NCBI RefSeq assembly: GCF_009834535.1
Contig: NC_045697.1
Location: 93,498,001-93,562,000 of the forward strand
Direction of reading: 5' to 3'
DNA: 64,000 bases
Source of the DNA: Camelus ferus
Taxonomy: Eukaryota
The notes below the pieces were generated by a model. That model was not told the DNA's origin, did not search any database, and worked only from the letters and a program-made list of their open reading frames with translations. The position numbers were made by a program, and so were the translations under genes. Positions 1-13,706 of this stretch are shown here, in pieces. Numbering within the stretch: the stretch's first letter is position 1; every line of letters begins with the position of its first letter.

Positions 1-1730
1 CTGACATCATACTCAATGATGAAAAGCTGAAAGCATTTCTTCTAAGGATCAAAAACAAGACAAGAATGCCCACTCTCTCCATTTTTATTCAGCGGAGTTT
101 TGTAAGTCTTAGCCACAGCAGTCAGAGAAGAAAAAGAAATAAAAGGAGTGCAAGGTGGAAAAGAAGAAGTGAAACTGCAACTGTTTGCAGATGACATGAT
201 ACTATACATAGAAAATCCTAATGACACCACCAGAAAACTATTAGAGCTCATCAATGAATGTGGTAAATTTGAAGAATACAAAATTAATATACAGAAATCT
301 GTTGTATTTCTATACACTAACAACAAAATATCAGAAAAAGTTTTATTAAGGAAACAATCCCCTTCACCATCACATCGAAAAGAATAAAATACCTAGGAAT
401 AAACCTACCTAAGAAGGCAAAAGACCCGTACTCCAAAAACTGAGACATTGATGAAAGAAAGTGAAGATTTCCATCTATCTTTCTGAATAGATGGAAAGAT
501 ATACTGTGTTCTTGGATTAAAAGAATCAATATTGTTAAAATAGCCATACTACCCAAGACAATGTACAGATTCAATGCAATCCCTATCAAATTACCAATGG
601 GATTTTTTATATAAAAACACAAAAAATCCTGAATAGCTAGAACAATCTTGAGAAAGAAGAAGGGAGCTGGTGGAATCATTCTCCCTGACTTCAGACTGTA
701 CTACAAAGTACAGTAATCAGAACAGTATGGTACTGGCACAAAAATAGACGTATAAATCAATGGAACAGGATAGAAAGTCCAGAAATAAACCCATGCACTA
801 TGGTCAATTAATGACAAAGGAGTAAGAATATGCAATGGAGAAATGACTCTCTCTTCAATAAGTGATGCTGTGAAAACTGGATAGTTACAGATAAAAGAAA
901 AAAATTAGAACATTTCTCTAACACCATATGCAAAAATAAACTCAAAATGGATTAAATACCCAAACGTAAGACCAGATACTATAAAACGCCTAGAGGAAAA
1001 TATAGGCAGAACATCTTTGACATAAATAAAAGAAGAAATAAGCAAATGGGATCTAATTAAACAAAAACCTTTTGCACAGGAAAGGAAACCATAAACAAAA
1101 TGAAGAGACAATCTATGGAATGGAAGAAAATATTTGCAAATGACACGATTGACAAGGAATTAATTTCCAAAATATGCAAACAACTCATACAGCTTAATAT
1201 ATATTTTTTAAAAACTAATCAAAAAATGGTCAGAAGACCTAAATAAACATTTCTCCAAAGACATCCATATGGCCAAAAGGCACATGAAAAAGATGCTCAA
1301 TATCACTAATTATTGGAGGAATGCAAATCAAAACTACGATGAGGTATCACCTCACACCACTCAGAATAGCCATCATTAAAAAGTTTACAAATAATAAAAG
1401 CTGCTGGTAGGGATGTGAGTTATTGAAGCCACTATGGAGAACAATATGGAGGTTTCTTCAAAAAACTAAAAGTAGAGTTACCATATGATTCACCAGTCCC
1501 ACTCCTGGGCATATATTAAGAGTAAGTTCTAATTTGAAAAGTTACATGCACCTCAGTGTCCATAGCAACACTATTTACAATCACCAAGACATGGAAGCAA
1601 CCTAAATGTCTATGAACAGATGAGTAAATAAAGAAGAAGTGGTATATTTATACAATGAAATACTACTCAGCCATAAAAGAGAATGAAATAAAGCCATTTG
1701 CAGCAACATGGATGGACCTAGAGATTAAAT
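1..1730 (+). mobile_element. LINE-1 ORF2 3' part and start of 3' UTR, decayed
   Basis: ORF 148-387 [21 protein letters not shown]...YKINIQKSV contains the L1 RT FADD motif. ORF 1655 [23 protein letters not shown] is the L1 ORF2 C-terminus. Many stops and frameshifts. Confidence 0.97.
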
Positions 1731-1799
1731 ATCTGTGTGTGTGTGTGTTCAGTTTTCATAGGTATGAATGGTTTGGCAAAGGAGTAAAAGTACTTCTGA

Positions 1800-2830
1800 T
1801 TTGTAACATAATGGCATTGTCATTGGGAAATGTCTTCTAAGTTTATGGATTATTTAATACTTGTTAAAAGTATTAATGGCCCACTGGTCAATGTTTGTAA
1901 TTATTCCATATGTGCTAGAAAATGTTATTCATATTTTCTATATTCTAATTTACAATGTCTCTTCTTAAACTGTGAATCTCTCCAAGATTTTTTTTTAATT
2001 TCCCATATAATTTAGGATTTTCCCTTTTTTTTATTATTCCATATTTTTCTTTACATTAGAAAAACAGCTTATGTTATTAGGGACATAAAATTTTGTAATT
2101 TTATAATTTTCTGAAGATTTGTTTATTCTATTATTATATAGCCCTCACTTACGTGTAGTAATGTAGTAATTTGCATCATATTCGCTTTACATTCTGTTTG
2201 AAATTAGTCTAGCCACACCAGACTTCTTTGGTTACCTGTATGGCATGTCTTTATCAGTTCTTTTACTTTTATTCTTGTGTAATGATATTTCATTGTGCCT
2301 CTTGTAAGCCCTGAGTTGTGTCTGTGAATTTTTAATCTAGATTGTTTTTGGTGATGTGTTAGCATATTCAGCTCAGATAAATGGTAGTTCATTTATCTCT
2401 ATTGAGATTATGTTATATTTGGATTTAGTCATGTTATTTCATGCTTTATACTTATCAGGCATTTTTCTTTGCTTGTGGCATAGTTTTTGACTGATAGAGT
2501 TCTCTTTCTATTAATTTCTTATACTAGTTTGGAAGTTATACATTATATTTATTTTCTTTCACAGGTTTTTAGCCCAAATATTTAAACCTGTATGAAACAT
2601 ACTTAATGTTTATCAATAGCTATTTCCATCAGACAAACCATTTAAGGCTTTATATTCTTTAAATCTGATTGTAGCTTCTCTTCCTTACATTTTTGTAAAC
2701 TTCCCAAATTATCATAAACAATGCTTCTTTCCATCTGTGTGTGTATTTTCACCAATATCTATGCTCACCATTGTGTCTGTCATTCCAGTACTTTATTCTG
2801 GGTTGAGTTTTCTACTGACTGAAATATATA
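1800..2830 (-). mobile_element. Very old antisense L1 (L1M-type) remnant
   Basis: T-rich degenerate sequence with L1-antisense-like phrasing (e.g. CCAGACTTCTTTGGTTACCTGTATGGCATG). Confidence 0.45.
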
Positions 2831-2917
2831 TATGTACACTTTATATGTCTGTAGATACATAATACATATATGCATTTGTATATATAATATATATAAATTT
2901 ATATATTATATATATAT

Positions 2918-3125
2918 AGTATGGTCTGAGACTTTGTCTCTCCCCTCCCCTCAAAATTCATATGTTGACATCCTAACTCCCAAAGATGATGGTACAGAGA
3001 AGTAAGACCTTTGGGAGGTGCCTGAGTTGTAGGAGGAAACGCTCTTGAATAGGACCAGTGTTTTATAAAAGAGTCTCCAGAGAGATCCTTAGCCTCTTCC
3101 ACCATTCAAGAAAAGAATGAGAAGT
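2918..3125 (+). mobile_element. MaLR LTR (MLT1A-like), 5' fragment
   Basis: TATGGTCTGA...CCCCTCAAAATTCATATGTTGA...CCTAACTCCC...GACCTTTGGGAGGTG...TTATAAAAGAG matches the recalled MLT1A consensus. Confidence 0.8.
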
Positions 3126-3130
3126 TTACA

Positions 3131-3212
3131 TAGTTTTACTGTTACTATATATATAGTTTTACTGTTACTATATATATGTGTATATATATATGTAGTTTTA
3201 CTGTTACTATTA
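3131..3212 (+). repeat. Short tandem repeat, three copies of TAGTTTTACTGTTACTAT separated by (TA)n
   Basis: Copies start at 3131, 3154 and 3193. Confidence 0.9.
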
Positions 3213-3625
3213 ATACTGTTAATTTTTCAGTGAAGGTCAGTGGTTTTATAAAATTGGTTACAGACTTAACTCTCTGTCTACAATACACACAGAGGCAAGG
3301 TTTCACTACCTGTTCCAAAATTGCTATAGAAATCTAGATATGTATTACTTGATAACAAATTGGTATTGTTATATGTATTACTTAATACCAAATCTGGTAT
3401 TAAAACCCTCTTCTCCAGAGCTAGTGCATTATATCTGTGGATTTTCTTTTTTGTTTTAAAAGCTTTGGTTATGTATTTTGATTTATTTTATTTTATCCAG
3501 GAGTTTTCACTATTAATAGTAAAATGAGTGTTATCTCATGGTACTTCTTTGTCAAAACTATAAAGCCTCTATTTTTCTCTTTTGTAAAATGATTTAATAT
3601 TTATCTTATTTGTCTAATGATGTAA

Positions 3626-3850
3626 GGCAAGGACCAGCATATTTTTTCTGAAAGAATGAGATAGTAAATATTGTGGACTCTGTAGGTTATGTGATCTCTG
3701 TTGCGTTATTCAGCTCCACCATTGTACTGTGAAAGCAGCCATAGACAATGTATACATAAATTGGTGGGACTGTTTTCCAGTGAAATTGGTTTACAAAAAT
3801 AAATGCTGTGGTGGATTTGGCTTGGAGATAGTAGTTTTCTGACTTCTGAC
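3626..3850. mobile_element. MER58A-like hAT-Charlie MITE
   Basis: GATAGTAAATATT...CAGCTCCACCATTGTACTGTGAAAGCAGCCATAGACAAT...GATTTGGC...TAGTTTTCTGACTTCTG matches the recalled MER58A consensus. Confidence 0.8.
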
Positions 3851-4156
3851 GTAATACATTTCATAACACTTTACAGATTCTAAAATGCACAGTGTATTAT
3901 GGTGTGCTTTAAATTCACATATATTGTACTTCTGGATTAAAAAAATACTACATTAGTGTTTTATTATGTCTCAATACTCGTGTGGTATTTTGCATAGAAT
4001 TAGGATTCACGTTGTTGGTGAATACTAAGTACTGAACCAGAAAATATCAGCTAGGTATATACATTGTGCTATAATCTTACATCAGTCTCACTAGAAGCTT
4101 TACACGTTTGTGGAAGCCCCAGGACTTGCTTTTATATATCTGTACACATTTTCTGT

Positions 4157-4158
<2 letters not shown>

Positions 4159-4204
<46 letters not shown>
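4159..4204. repeat. (CA)n microsatellite
   Basis: Perfect AC run of about 22 units. Confidence 0.98.
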
Positions 4205-4207
<3 letters not shown>

Positions 4208-7200
4208 TCTCAGTAACTACATTTAGGGCAGAATGCTTGGTCCACCAAGAGGACAACTAAATCTAATTCCTGAAATCTAAGACCCAGCAACAGTGTTTAA
4301 AGTGTCTTCTTTATTGCCCTCGTACGAGTTGTTCTCTTAATCATCACCGACATAAAGGCAGTGTAGCCCCTAGTGCATCTCTTGAGGCAGAATGCTTCAC
4401 TTGCAGTTTAAAATACTGTAGTCGTGATGCTGGAAACTTCTGTAGAATAGACGTAAAACCATATATTTGCATCTTTCAATTTTTGATGAGGGTGAGATGG
4501 AGAGAATGATGTCATCTTTTCCTTAAGAATCAGATGTTATAAGATTATTTGTTTCTATCAATTTTCTGTCATTTCTGATAAAGGATAATATTTGTGAATA
4601 AAATCTTCAGGCCTCTGAAAGCATTTGGCTGCATCTGTCTCTGGATGTTATTGCATAACATATTTCTGAATTGGTAAATGGCGAACATTTTCAGTTAAAT
4701 ATGGTTTTATGCACTGAGTAGTCAATACTCCCAATCAATGGAGATGCTTCTAATTCTTCTCATTCAAATAACAGTGCATTAGCTAGATGTTAAATGTTTC
4801 TAAGGAAGAATGGGGCCCACCTCTAGGTAATAATCATTTTATGGTGAAGACATTCAAGTAAAGATTTGCTATGTTCACTTGTCGCAGAAATTTTCATCTG
4901 ATTAGCATGAATACTTGAAATGTTATATTGTGTTGTGTTTGTGTAAACTTAAGTGTTTTTCTAAAGGCCTTTTAAGCTCTATATTTAGTCCTATTAATGT
5001 TGATAATCCTGATTATAATTTAAAGAACAATGAAACTAACAAACTATCTGGAAAATAACAGCAACAAAAAAAAATACTTGAACTATGGGTTAAATAGTTT
5101 TAGTAGGTATAAAATGGCATTCTCACTTAACAAATAATAATCTTTTGGGGTTTTTTTTGTCTTTACTCAAAATTATGAAACATAGAAAAAAATGTTTATT
5201 ATATAATTATACCAAACACCCTTTGGGGACAAGACTCTCTGGAAATGTGAGATCAGCTGCCTACCTTCAGGAAAATATCAAAGAAAAAAGAGGCAGCAAG
5301 ACAAACTCAGTTTTTTTTTTCCCAGTTCACTGTGTCATGTTGTTGTTCTTTTGTAATAATTGATTAAAAGTAAAACTATAATTAAAATTTTAAATTATTC
5401 ATTTTCTATATATTATACAATCTAAAATTTATGGTCATCTAAATGGGTATTATTCTAATTCTTGAACAGAGTTTCTTTCGTGCCAAACAAAAATAGTACA
5501 AAACAGAATCTCAAATATATTTGCTGGAGTCCAAAATTAGTGGTAAGGGGGTGGGAAACAATAAAGAAGGAAGCTACTGAAAAAAAGCTATTTTTTCAAA
5601 TATTCATAGTGTTAAATGGAATAAGCCAAGTCAAGGTTAATATTTATTAACCTCAGAAAATCAGCCAGGGCTAATAAGGTAAATAGCAGATTTTAATCAG
5701 TAAAATCACTGCAAATAATAAATAACAACAAATGAAAAAGTCATAGAGACAAGATAGTTTTTAGATGAGGGAATTCTATTTAATATACAACTATTGTACG
5801 TATCCATCAGTTTAATAAGTCTAAGAGAAATAAAATGTGACAGAAGTTCACATTTGGACAGAAAAAGTTGGTCATTTCACTTAAAAACCTCCTAAAGAGA
5901 ATAGTTTAACTTTTGATATGTCAGGTCATGAAAATGAAAGGCTTCTGAGCAAAACACATAAGAATAGGGAACGATAAATTGTGATATATAGCAAATAGTG
6001 GCCAAAGCATAAATGTCAATTCCATGTCAGTCAAAGAGTAAATGAAGTATAACCAGGGGATCTTCTTTCTGTCTCATTTCTGTGGCAACATATTTTAAAT
6101 TCCTGTATATCATAAAAATAGCAATGAATAATGGAGTATTGCTTAATGTTACCATTAGACCCACAGTCCCTTTAAGATACAAATGGCCACATTTTCATTA
6201 ACTGGATGAGTGATTACAGTCCAAGCATAAATTCCAGCTGTGAGAGTAACTCAGCTCTGCCGTTTTTTACAGCCAAGTTCAACTTGGAATTAAGTTTTCC
6301 AAAGGCCAATTATCCTGATTTTACTGTTCAGCCTAGATGTTATATTCTTTTATAATGATCTGCATGAGGTTTATGGTACTTTAAGAGGTAGGAAAGTATG
6401 CAGGAGGTTTGCAATGAGGCAAATGAGGCTAATCTCTGCTTCTTCCAGAGGAATAAAAAAAAGCAAGCTGTACTGCTTTTAGTGCACCTGAAATACCCAG
6501 ACTAACATCGTTTTGAATTGGCTTCTGACCACTTGTCTTTTTTTTCTGTCTTGTTTTTTTTTTTTTAATGTGTAGCCATTTCTCACGTTTTAGTCCCTGG
6601 ACTACTTCTCTCTCCTTCTTTTTCCCCTTCTCCTCCTCCTCCCCTCCTCCTACTCCTCATTTTAATTTATCTTCTTCTCTCTATCTAAAGACAAAAAATT
6701 GAAGACTTGATATGTGTTTTAAAACACTTATTTTAATACAAAGGGATGTAGTAGAGAAGCAGCAATCAATGGCATGGAATGAGGCAAGGTGGGGATTAGA
6801 TATTAAAAGGATGGAACATTTGGCCAGGCACAGACATAATAAAGAAGTGGATATAAAATTCATCTTCCCACAATTGCACAGAATGACCAATTGGCACTTC
6901 ACAAAGTGCTTCGAAGAGTGGCTTAATTTAAGTGAATGAAGTTTGCTCCCAGAATAGGAAACCTCTAGATTATCCCTAGAATAATCTCCTTAAGTATTTA
7001 ATTTCTTTGTAGTAGCATAATCACATAAACATGTTTGTAAGTAACATGCATTATTCCAGCAAAAGAAATGGAATTTATCTTATTTTTTTAAATAGCAATT
7101 AACTGTTGCCAATTCTTTCTTCGCAATAATTCCCCTTTTTAAAATTTAAATAACTATGAGCCTAATTCTGAGTAGTATTAACTTCCAGTTTTACTTAATG

Positions 7201-10200
7201 GCCTTATAAATATATTTTTCTTATTCTAGTATTTCTGTTTAAAAATATGTATATATACTCTGTATAAAGATTAGAATAAAACTGGTATTGACTATGCCAA
7301 TTTCTAGCTTGCAAAATTTAACTGGCTTTCTATCAAACTGCAAGAAAATTATCTTAACATGCATTTCAGACATTCAGCAGTCTAACAAATTATATCGTTA
7401 GCTTTATTCTTCCTTTTCCTCTAGGTGTGTTCTCTGTTTCAAGCATATTTAAAAGTTGTTAAGATATTTGTTGGTTAATTAAGTTGACAGTTGCAAACTA
7501 ATAAAATTGTAAAAATTCTATCAAAGTATCAATATTTGCCCCTTGTTACAAAAACGTTACCTACTTAATAAAACACATCAATTAAAAGCCAATTAGGACA
7601 CTTACGTGAGAATGATAAAGCATAAATGAAATGCACTAAATTAACAACTGAGTTCTTAATTATCATCCCTGTGTCTTTGATTTGAGGACTTTCACATAGG
7701 ATTAGTGGAACTCAGAAAAGAACAGGAGCAACCTTATTCTTTCCCCTTTCTCCTTGTTCTAAGATGCTCTGGGGGATCAATGTCTAGTTCCCCAGAATTT
7801 GGATGAGATCCAAGATAGGTCCCAATGACTTATCTTTTGACTCAGACAATGACAACCCTCTAGTCACTTTAAGTCATAAAATGATTATAATTATCATTAA
7901 ATATCCAGCCCCATTAAATAGTCAAAATTCTGTACTTTATTTAAAAATAGTACGTCTCTCTTTCTGTAGTTTGGAACTAACTTTGGAAGCCTTTAACAAA
8001 AATGAGAAATACAGTTGGCTTCTTATCCATTTTTGTGCTTTGTGCTTCTGTCCCTGCCCGACACGAAACATCTTTTCTAACCCTACAGATCAAAGCAGGA
8101 AAAGGAAGGAAGATCTAAAAAAGCAAGGTATGCCTTATCTTACTGCTTCTTAGTTTAAGTTTGATAAGGGTTGAAAATTGATTGTCTTCTGAGACGTCTT
8201 TCAGAGCCTGTTGAGAACGTCCATCATTTGGCCTCTCTGGACAGCTCTTTCCTCTCTTAGGATGTGAATAAGCCCAATTTATTTCTGCTGAATTCTCCTT
8301 ACCTCTCCAGGCTGCTGCCATCTAAAAGAATGCCAGGGTGATTCCCTCATCTGGTATGGTAGAATTCCAGAGCTTTGTCCAGCTACAAATGGATTTGCAG
8401 GTTTTTTTCCCAGCCTACAACCCACAGACCACTTCACCCAGACTCTTGACTTCGAGATTTCTTAGACATAACTTATGTAATAGTCTCCGTGTGTTTCCCA
8501 AACTCTAGAAAACTTGTGTTAAATTTTCTAAGGAGTGTATTTGAGGTAAAGGAGAAACTATCCCAATCTTCTATGTGCCAGTAAAGATGGACTCATGGCA
8601 TGTATCAGTAACTAGTGCCAAGAAAATCCTAATCCAGTGCTTCTCTTTCAGACAGTCCAACTCCTTTTTAATAGACTGGATATTGTTCATTAACTAATTT
8701 TCTCCGATTTGACTCTTGGGTATCTCCTTTGCAAGTCTTGAAGAAGTAATTTAGAACCTCAGTTTAGAATGTGAAAGTAGTTGACACTTTCCTTTATTGG
8801 GCCTCGGCAAAAGCTGATAAAAATCCTCAATTTAACATCCTATAGCATATATTTACTCATTCTCTTAGTTACAAATTGATTTTGTTTTATTCTTGTACAT
8901 TCTATAGAATCACAGGAATTGACTACATAATATGAATTTGACTTAAATGCAGTCAAGTAAGAGGTGGTTATGAATTTTTACAAAAGAAAAAATAAACTGT
9001 AGTGAAAATAATTGAAAGTATGAGAGGACGTAAAGACTGCTGAGAAAAACAGTTGATTCTTATGGAATAATTCTGACCTCTAAAGTGGTATTTATTTAAC
9101 CTGTAATATTTTTATGCAATGTGAAAATTGTAGAAATTCTAAAATGAAAAATAACTAGATACATGTTCAATTATAATAGGAAATTTGTTATAACTGAATG
9201 TCCTTATTTAAATATATATATATATATATATGTATATCATTGGAACATATACCTGACTCTTACATCTAGACCAATGAAATTAAGCCTTTTTAGATTCACG
9301 TATACCAAAATGGAACCTAAAACCACATGTTAAAAAAATATTAGCTGAGTCTACCTTTATTTACAAACAGAAGTATTTTTCCTGTGATTAACTACAGGTT
9401 TCAAAAAGTATTTCTGGTATTTCTTTTTTCTTCCCTACTTGATCTCTGAAAACTGCTCTTTAGCTTTAAATATTACAACATCCTCCAGATATATCATTTT
9501 GTCCTCATTTTCTTAATCACTAAATCGTGGCAAATGCACATAAGAGGAAAATGCATTTATGTTACTCAGAGTAATTATACTTTTAATATTCATAAATTTG
9601 TAGTTTTCAGTCAACGCTAATATATATGTGGAGTGATGATGAATACCGAAAATAAATGGAATATTAATTTTAATATGAAAGAACCAACAAAGAGCTTGAA
9701 TTCCTTGTAATTATTTGGGTATAATTTCTATATTTAGTTGGACTGAACACCAGAAGTCAGTATCAATGTGCAGGAAAGAGCACAGCATAGTATTTAAGGT
9801 AATAGCTTACTGTTACATGATAGAAATGGAATTCCATTCCTGTAATAGAAAAGCAAATATTATCTGGGTATAGAGAAATTTTAAAGCATCTTTTCTATGA
9901 AAGTATCATATTTGGACATAGTGTGGGAATTGCTTTTATAGTCAAGAAAAATGGCACAGATAATTACACAAGCATGGTTATTTCATCATACTGTCCTTTC
10001 AGACTGATTAGCACCTTTTTATAATTCATGTAATGTTTCACTGTATGTATTTACATCAACTGAAGATAGTATATACACTAAGCTTTACTTTTTAAAAGTT
10101 AAATTCCTAAAAACCACCCCTCCTTTCAGGTTATGCTTTAAACTTGTCAGAACACATAGTACTTCATTTATTCTACTAGTAATTATGTCAAGTGCATTTT

Positions 10201-12049
10201 TTCTTTTATCCTTTGTGATATTACTATTGCAGGCAATATTCAGTACAGGCAAATTTTTTAAATTTGAAATGAGTAAAACAGGAAAACAATTTAATTGACT
10301 TCCCTGAGTCACTGTCATGTTGGAGAGAGTTTTATGCTGAAATTATAGCTAATAACCGAAGAATAATTCTGACTGGAACTTTGGTTAAATTTGCCACCCA
10401 TTTTTGTATCGCATTCCTTCTACTGTTTTTGTAGAGTGAATGTCAGTCAAGAGCTACCATGGTAAAGACAATGTGGAACATTGGAGAGCGGGCGAGATAG
10501 GAAAAAATTAACTGTGTGCATGTACCATATATTGTGCATGAAAGCTTATATTATCTAGAGGACTGTATAGGTACCATTAAACTACACCTCATCCTACCAT
10601 ATAAGAACATACGAGAACACAAAGAAAATTTCCTGCCCTGAGTACAAAATCCATTTATTTGAGGAGAGAGCTAGGAGTTGCTGGTAAAAGGAATCCAGTA
10701 GGATTTATTACACTTTAAGCAAATAAATATTCATTAGATTATATGATTAAAAATAAAGAATAGAGGGAAACGAGAAACTCAAGTATTGCCTTTTCCTAAG
10801 GCCATGGCCACCACAAACTAAAAAAGCCTTTCTGTAATGAAAGGTGGACACAAAAAGAAAGTATTGACTACATAGTTTTTTACTAAATCTCCTACAATTT
10901 AGCACATTCTTGAGTGGTAATAGTTTGATAGAACACAAGAAGATTCTGAAATGACAGCATTGTATAGGGGGGAAATTGAAGGTTAGAAGAGCTACATGAT
11001 CTCTTTCTATTCCAAGATAGATTAAGGCATATAGCATATTAACAAATACATTATGTACACATATTTGTGCAAAAAATGGCTCTTTAATATATATATATAT
11101 ATAGTAGAAAGGAATAATATTAAATTATATTTTAGGATTTTTTGTTTTCTTTTTTTGTTTACAGACTTGAGTGAACACTCTATAAACAGTAGAGAGCTCA
11201 ATAATTAAAGTTAAAAATGTATCATGATCACAGCTCAAAGGAAAAAATCTGATTTTTAAAAAAGCAGGAGGGCAAATGAGATAGGGTTCAGAACATGAAG
11301 TAAATTTTTCTCATTAAATTTAGGGAGAAGCTAAAGATTTTATTGACTGTTTTCCTGAAAGCATGATAACTTATCTATGTCTCTAAGAATCCTCTCCCTG
11401 AGCATTTCTTACATGTGAGCACTCCAAAACTTTTAAAATGAACTGTGATCTAGGTTTCTGGCATGTGGTCAGTCCAGATATATGAGTGACTATATTTTGA
11501 TGCAATGCTATCTTAAAACCTAAAAAATAACACAAAGTGAAATATCAGCATTGTATAACTAATCCATATATTAGACTTAATATGATAGTTCCTATATGGG
11601 AGTTTCTGGTTCAATAGAACATTTCCATATTTAATTATAATTTGAACCATTAAAATGCTTGTATTTTCTTCTTTCAGGCAATAGAAAACCTACATTAGTG
11701 TGACATATCTTCTGATCAAGTAGATAATTTAGAACATAGTGATCAGCACTTTAATTGTATGTTATTATTTGTCAGATAGATTAAAGAAATACAATACATA
11801 TATATCCATATCCTTAATTTGCATGACGATTTATGTATTCACATATTTACATAAATGTGCACATGTGAATATCTGTACATATATATATATATATAAATGT
11901 AATTGTACATTTATTTTGGAAATTTAAAATATCGCTCAATAAATGTATTATCTTTAAAAACTCAGCTCTTCAAAATTCAATAATATTTTTGACATTAATA
12001 GAAAAGATTTTACCTAATTTAACAATATAGAAACTTTTCCTTAATACAT

Positions 12050-12471
12050 TGTTGGAGGAGACCATTGAGAAGACATGATGCTGGTTGACCCATAAGCTGG
12101 ATCCAGGCAATCAGAGGCCTTTTATCTCCTCCCCTGTCCTTGGAATGTGTGCTCTGCCTGCCTTCCCTACCCTAAAAGGTGCCTTGGGACATCACCTTGA
12201 TAGTGTTGTGGTGTTGAGACCATCTGGACTGTGCATGTGACTGAACCCAGGAAAGGCCTCTAAGTTTGTAAGGGCGGTGGCTGCAGAGTATTGCTTGTCT
12301 TGCAGCCACACAAGACAGGCCTCGTATGTTAAGTTCCTTTGCTCTTATTAAACCTCCCACCTATCAATCTGGAATAGCCTGCCTCTTTCTTTCTTCCTTC
12401 TCTCCTTGCTCTCTGTGTATGGGGCCAGTTTCAGTTTTCACCAGGGAAACTCCCATGACTGCAAACCAACA
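12050..12471 (+). mobile_element. Solo endogenous retroviral LTR
   Basis: Termini TGTTGG...CCAACA are inverted. Flanks TACAT/TACAA form a 5-bp TSD with one mismatch. ATTAAA near 12347. Confidence 0.85.
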
Positions 12472-12634
12472 TACAAGTAATGATTACATATAATTATTAA
12501 GATAGCAGAGAGCAAACTTTGAAAGGTGAATGGAAGTCAAAATATTGAAGTTAATATTTTTAATGATTAATATAAAATAAATGCTAAAAAATGCAGCCTG
12601 AGAATAAAAATATGCAAGAATAAGAAAATGTCAT

Positions 12635-12905
12635 TTTTTAAATTTTTACAATTCCTTTATTATTGTTTTTTAAATTTTTAAACATTTTTTATTGATTTAT
12701 AATCATTTTACAATGTTGTGTCAAATTTCAGTGTAGAGCACAATTTTTCAGTTATACCCGAACATATGTATAATTCATTGTCACATTTCTTTCTCTGTGA
12801 GCTACCACAAGATCTTGTATATATTTCCTTGTGCTATACAGTATAATATTGTTTATCCATTCTACATTTTGAAATCCCAGTCTATGCCTTCCCACCCCCC
12901 CACCC
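12635..12905 (-). mobile_element. Young 5'-truncated L1 3' end (camelid type) with perfect TSD
   Basis: T-rich tail, TTTATT (AATAAA on minus strand) and a C-rich tract. Flanked by the exact 13-bp direct repeat AAGAAAATGTCAT at 12622-12634 and 12906-12918. Confidence 0.92.
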
Positions 12906-13619
12906 AAGAAAATGTCATATTAGCCCTAGTCCTATCTATAGTTTATTATGAGCTGTAAATAGGGTAAAAATCTTACAAAGCATATTTATAGGGCAGTATG
13001 TATATAGATGTGCAAATATCTATGACACAGTTGTATATTTTTAAAGGTATGTCAGTGTATTGTGGGAGACATCTGTTTAAGTGAATTATGTCTTGGAAAT
13101 ATTAGTAATTTTTTTTTGTTGTTGTGGGTATGTTGGTGACTACAGAGAAAGATCCATGGAGAACTGAGAACACAGAAAGACAACTGTTGATTTACTGGTA
13201 TTGGAAAGCTTCATACTTCTCCTAATATATTAAAGGTTACTAAGGTAATTAAAACTAATGGTCAGTCAAATATGATGGTTTCTGGAAGTTTGGAGTTGAT
13301 CTTTTTCCTGATTGCTACTTAGGATGATTTATAAGACATACAAAATCTGAAATGGGGTTATGTAAGTAATTTCCCATCTATAAGGTAAAGACCAAGATTA
13401 TATAGGTCCTTCATGGAAAATATAGACAAGCTTAGTTTCAAATCTAACAAATTAACTATACCCAAGTTATAAAAAATAATAAGTAAGGAAGCATTCTAAG
13501 AAATAAGGGAATGAAGGACTTCACTGAAGGGCATGATCTTAAAGAACTGTGGGATATTATAGAGTTCTATTTTACAGTAAAAAGGCAATCTCCAGGATGA
13601 AGAGAATGAAAGTGGAGTG

Positions 13620-13706
13620 ATCTTTTCATAATGTATAAAAATACAGAATCAGTATGCTGTATACCTGAAACTAACATAATACTGTATGTTAATTATAACT
13701 CAATAA
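13620..13706 (+). mobile_element. Short L1 3' terminal fragment
   Basis: ATGCTGTATACCTGAAACTAACATAATACTGTATGTTAATTATAACTCAATAA is a typical L1 3' end. Confidence 0.7.

Noticed and set aside
3131..3212. CRISPR-like repeat-spacer pattern
   Set aside because: Mammalian DNA. The spacers are (TA)n, so this is a simple slippage repeat.
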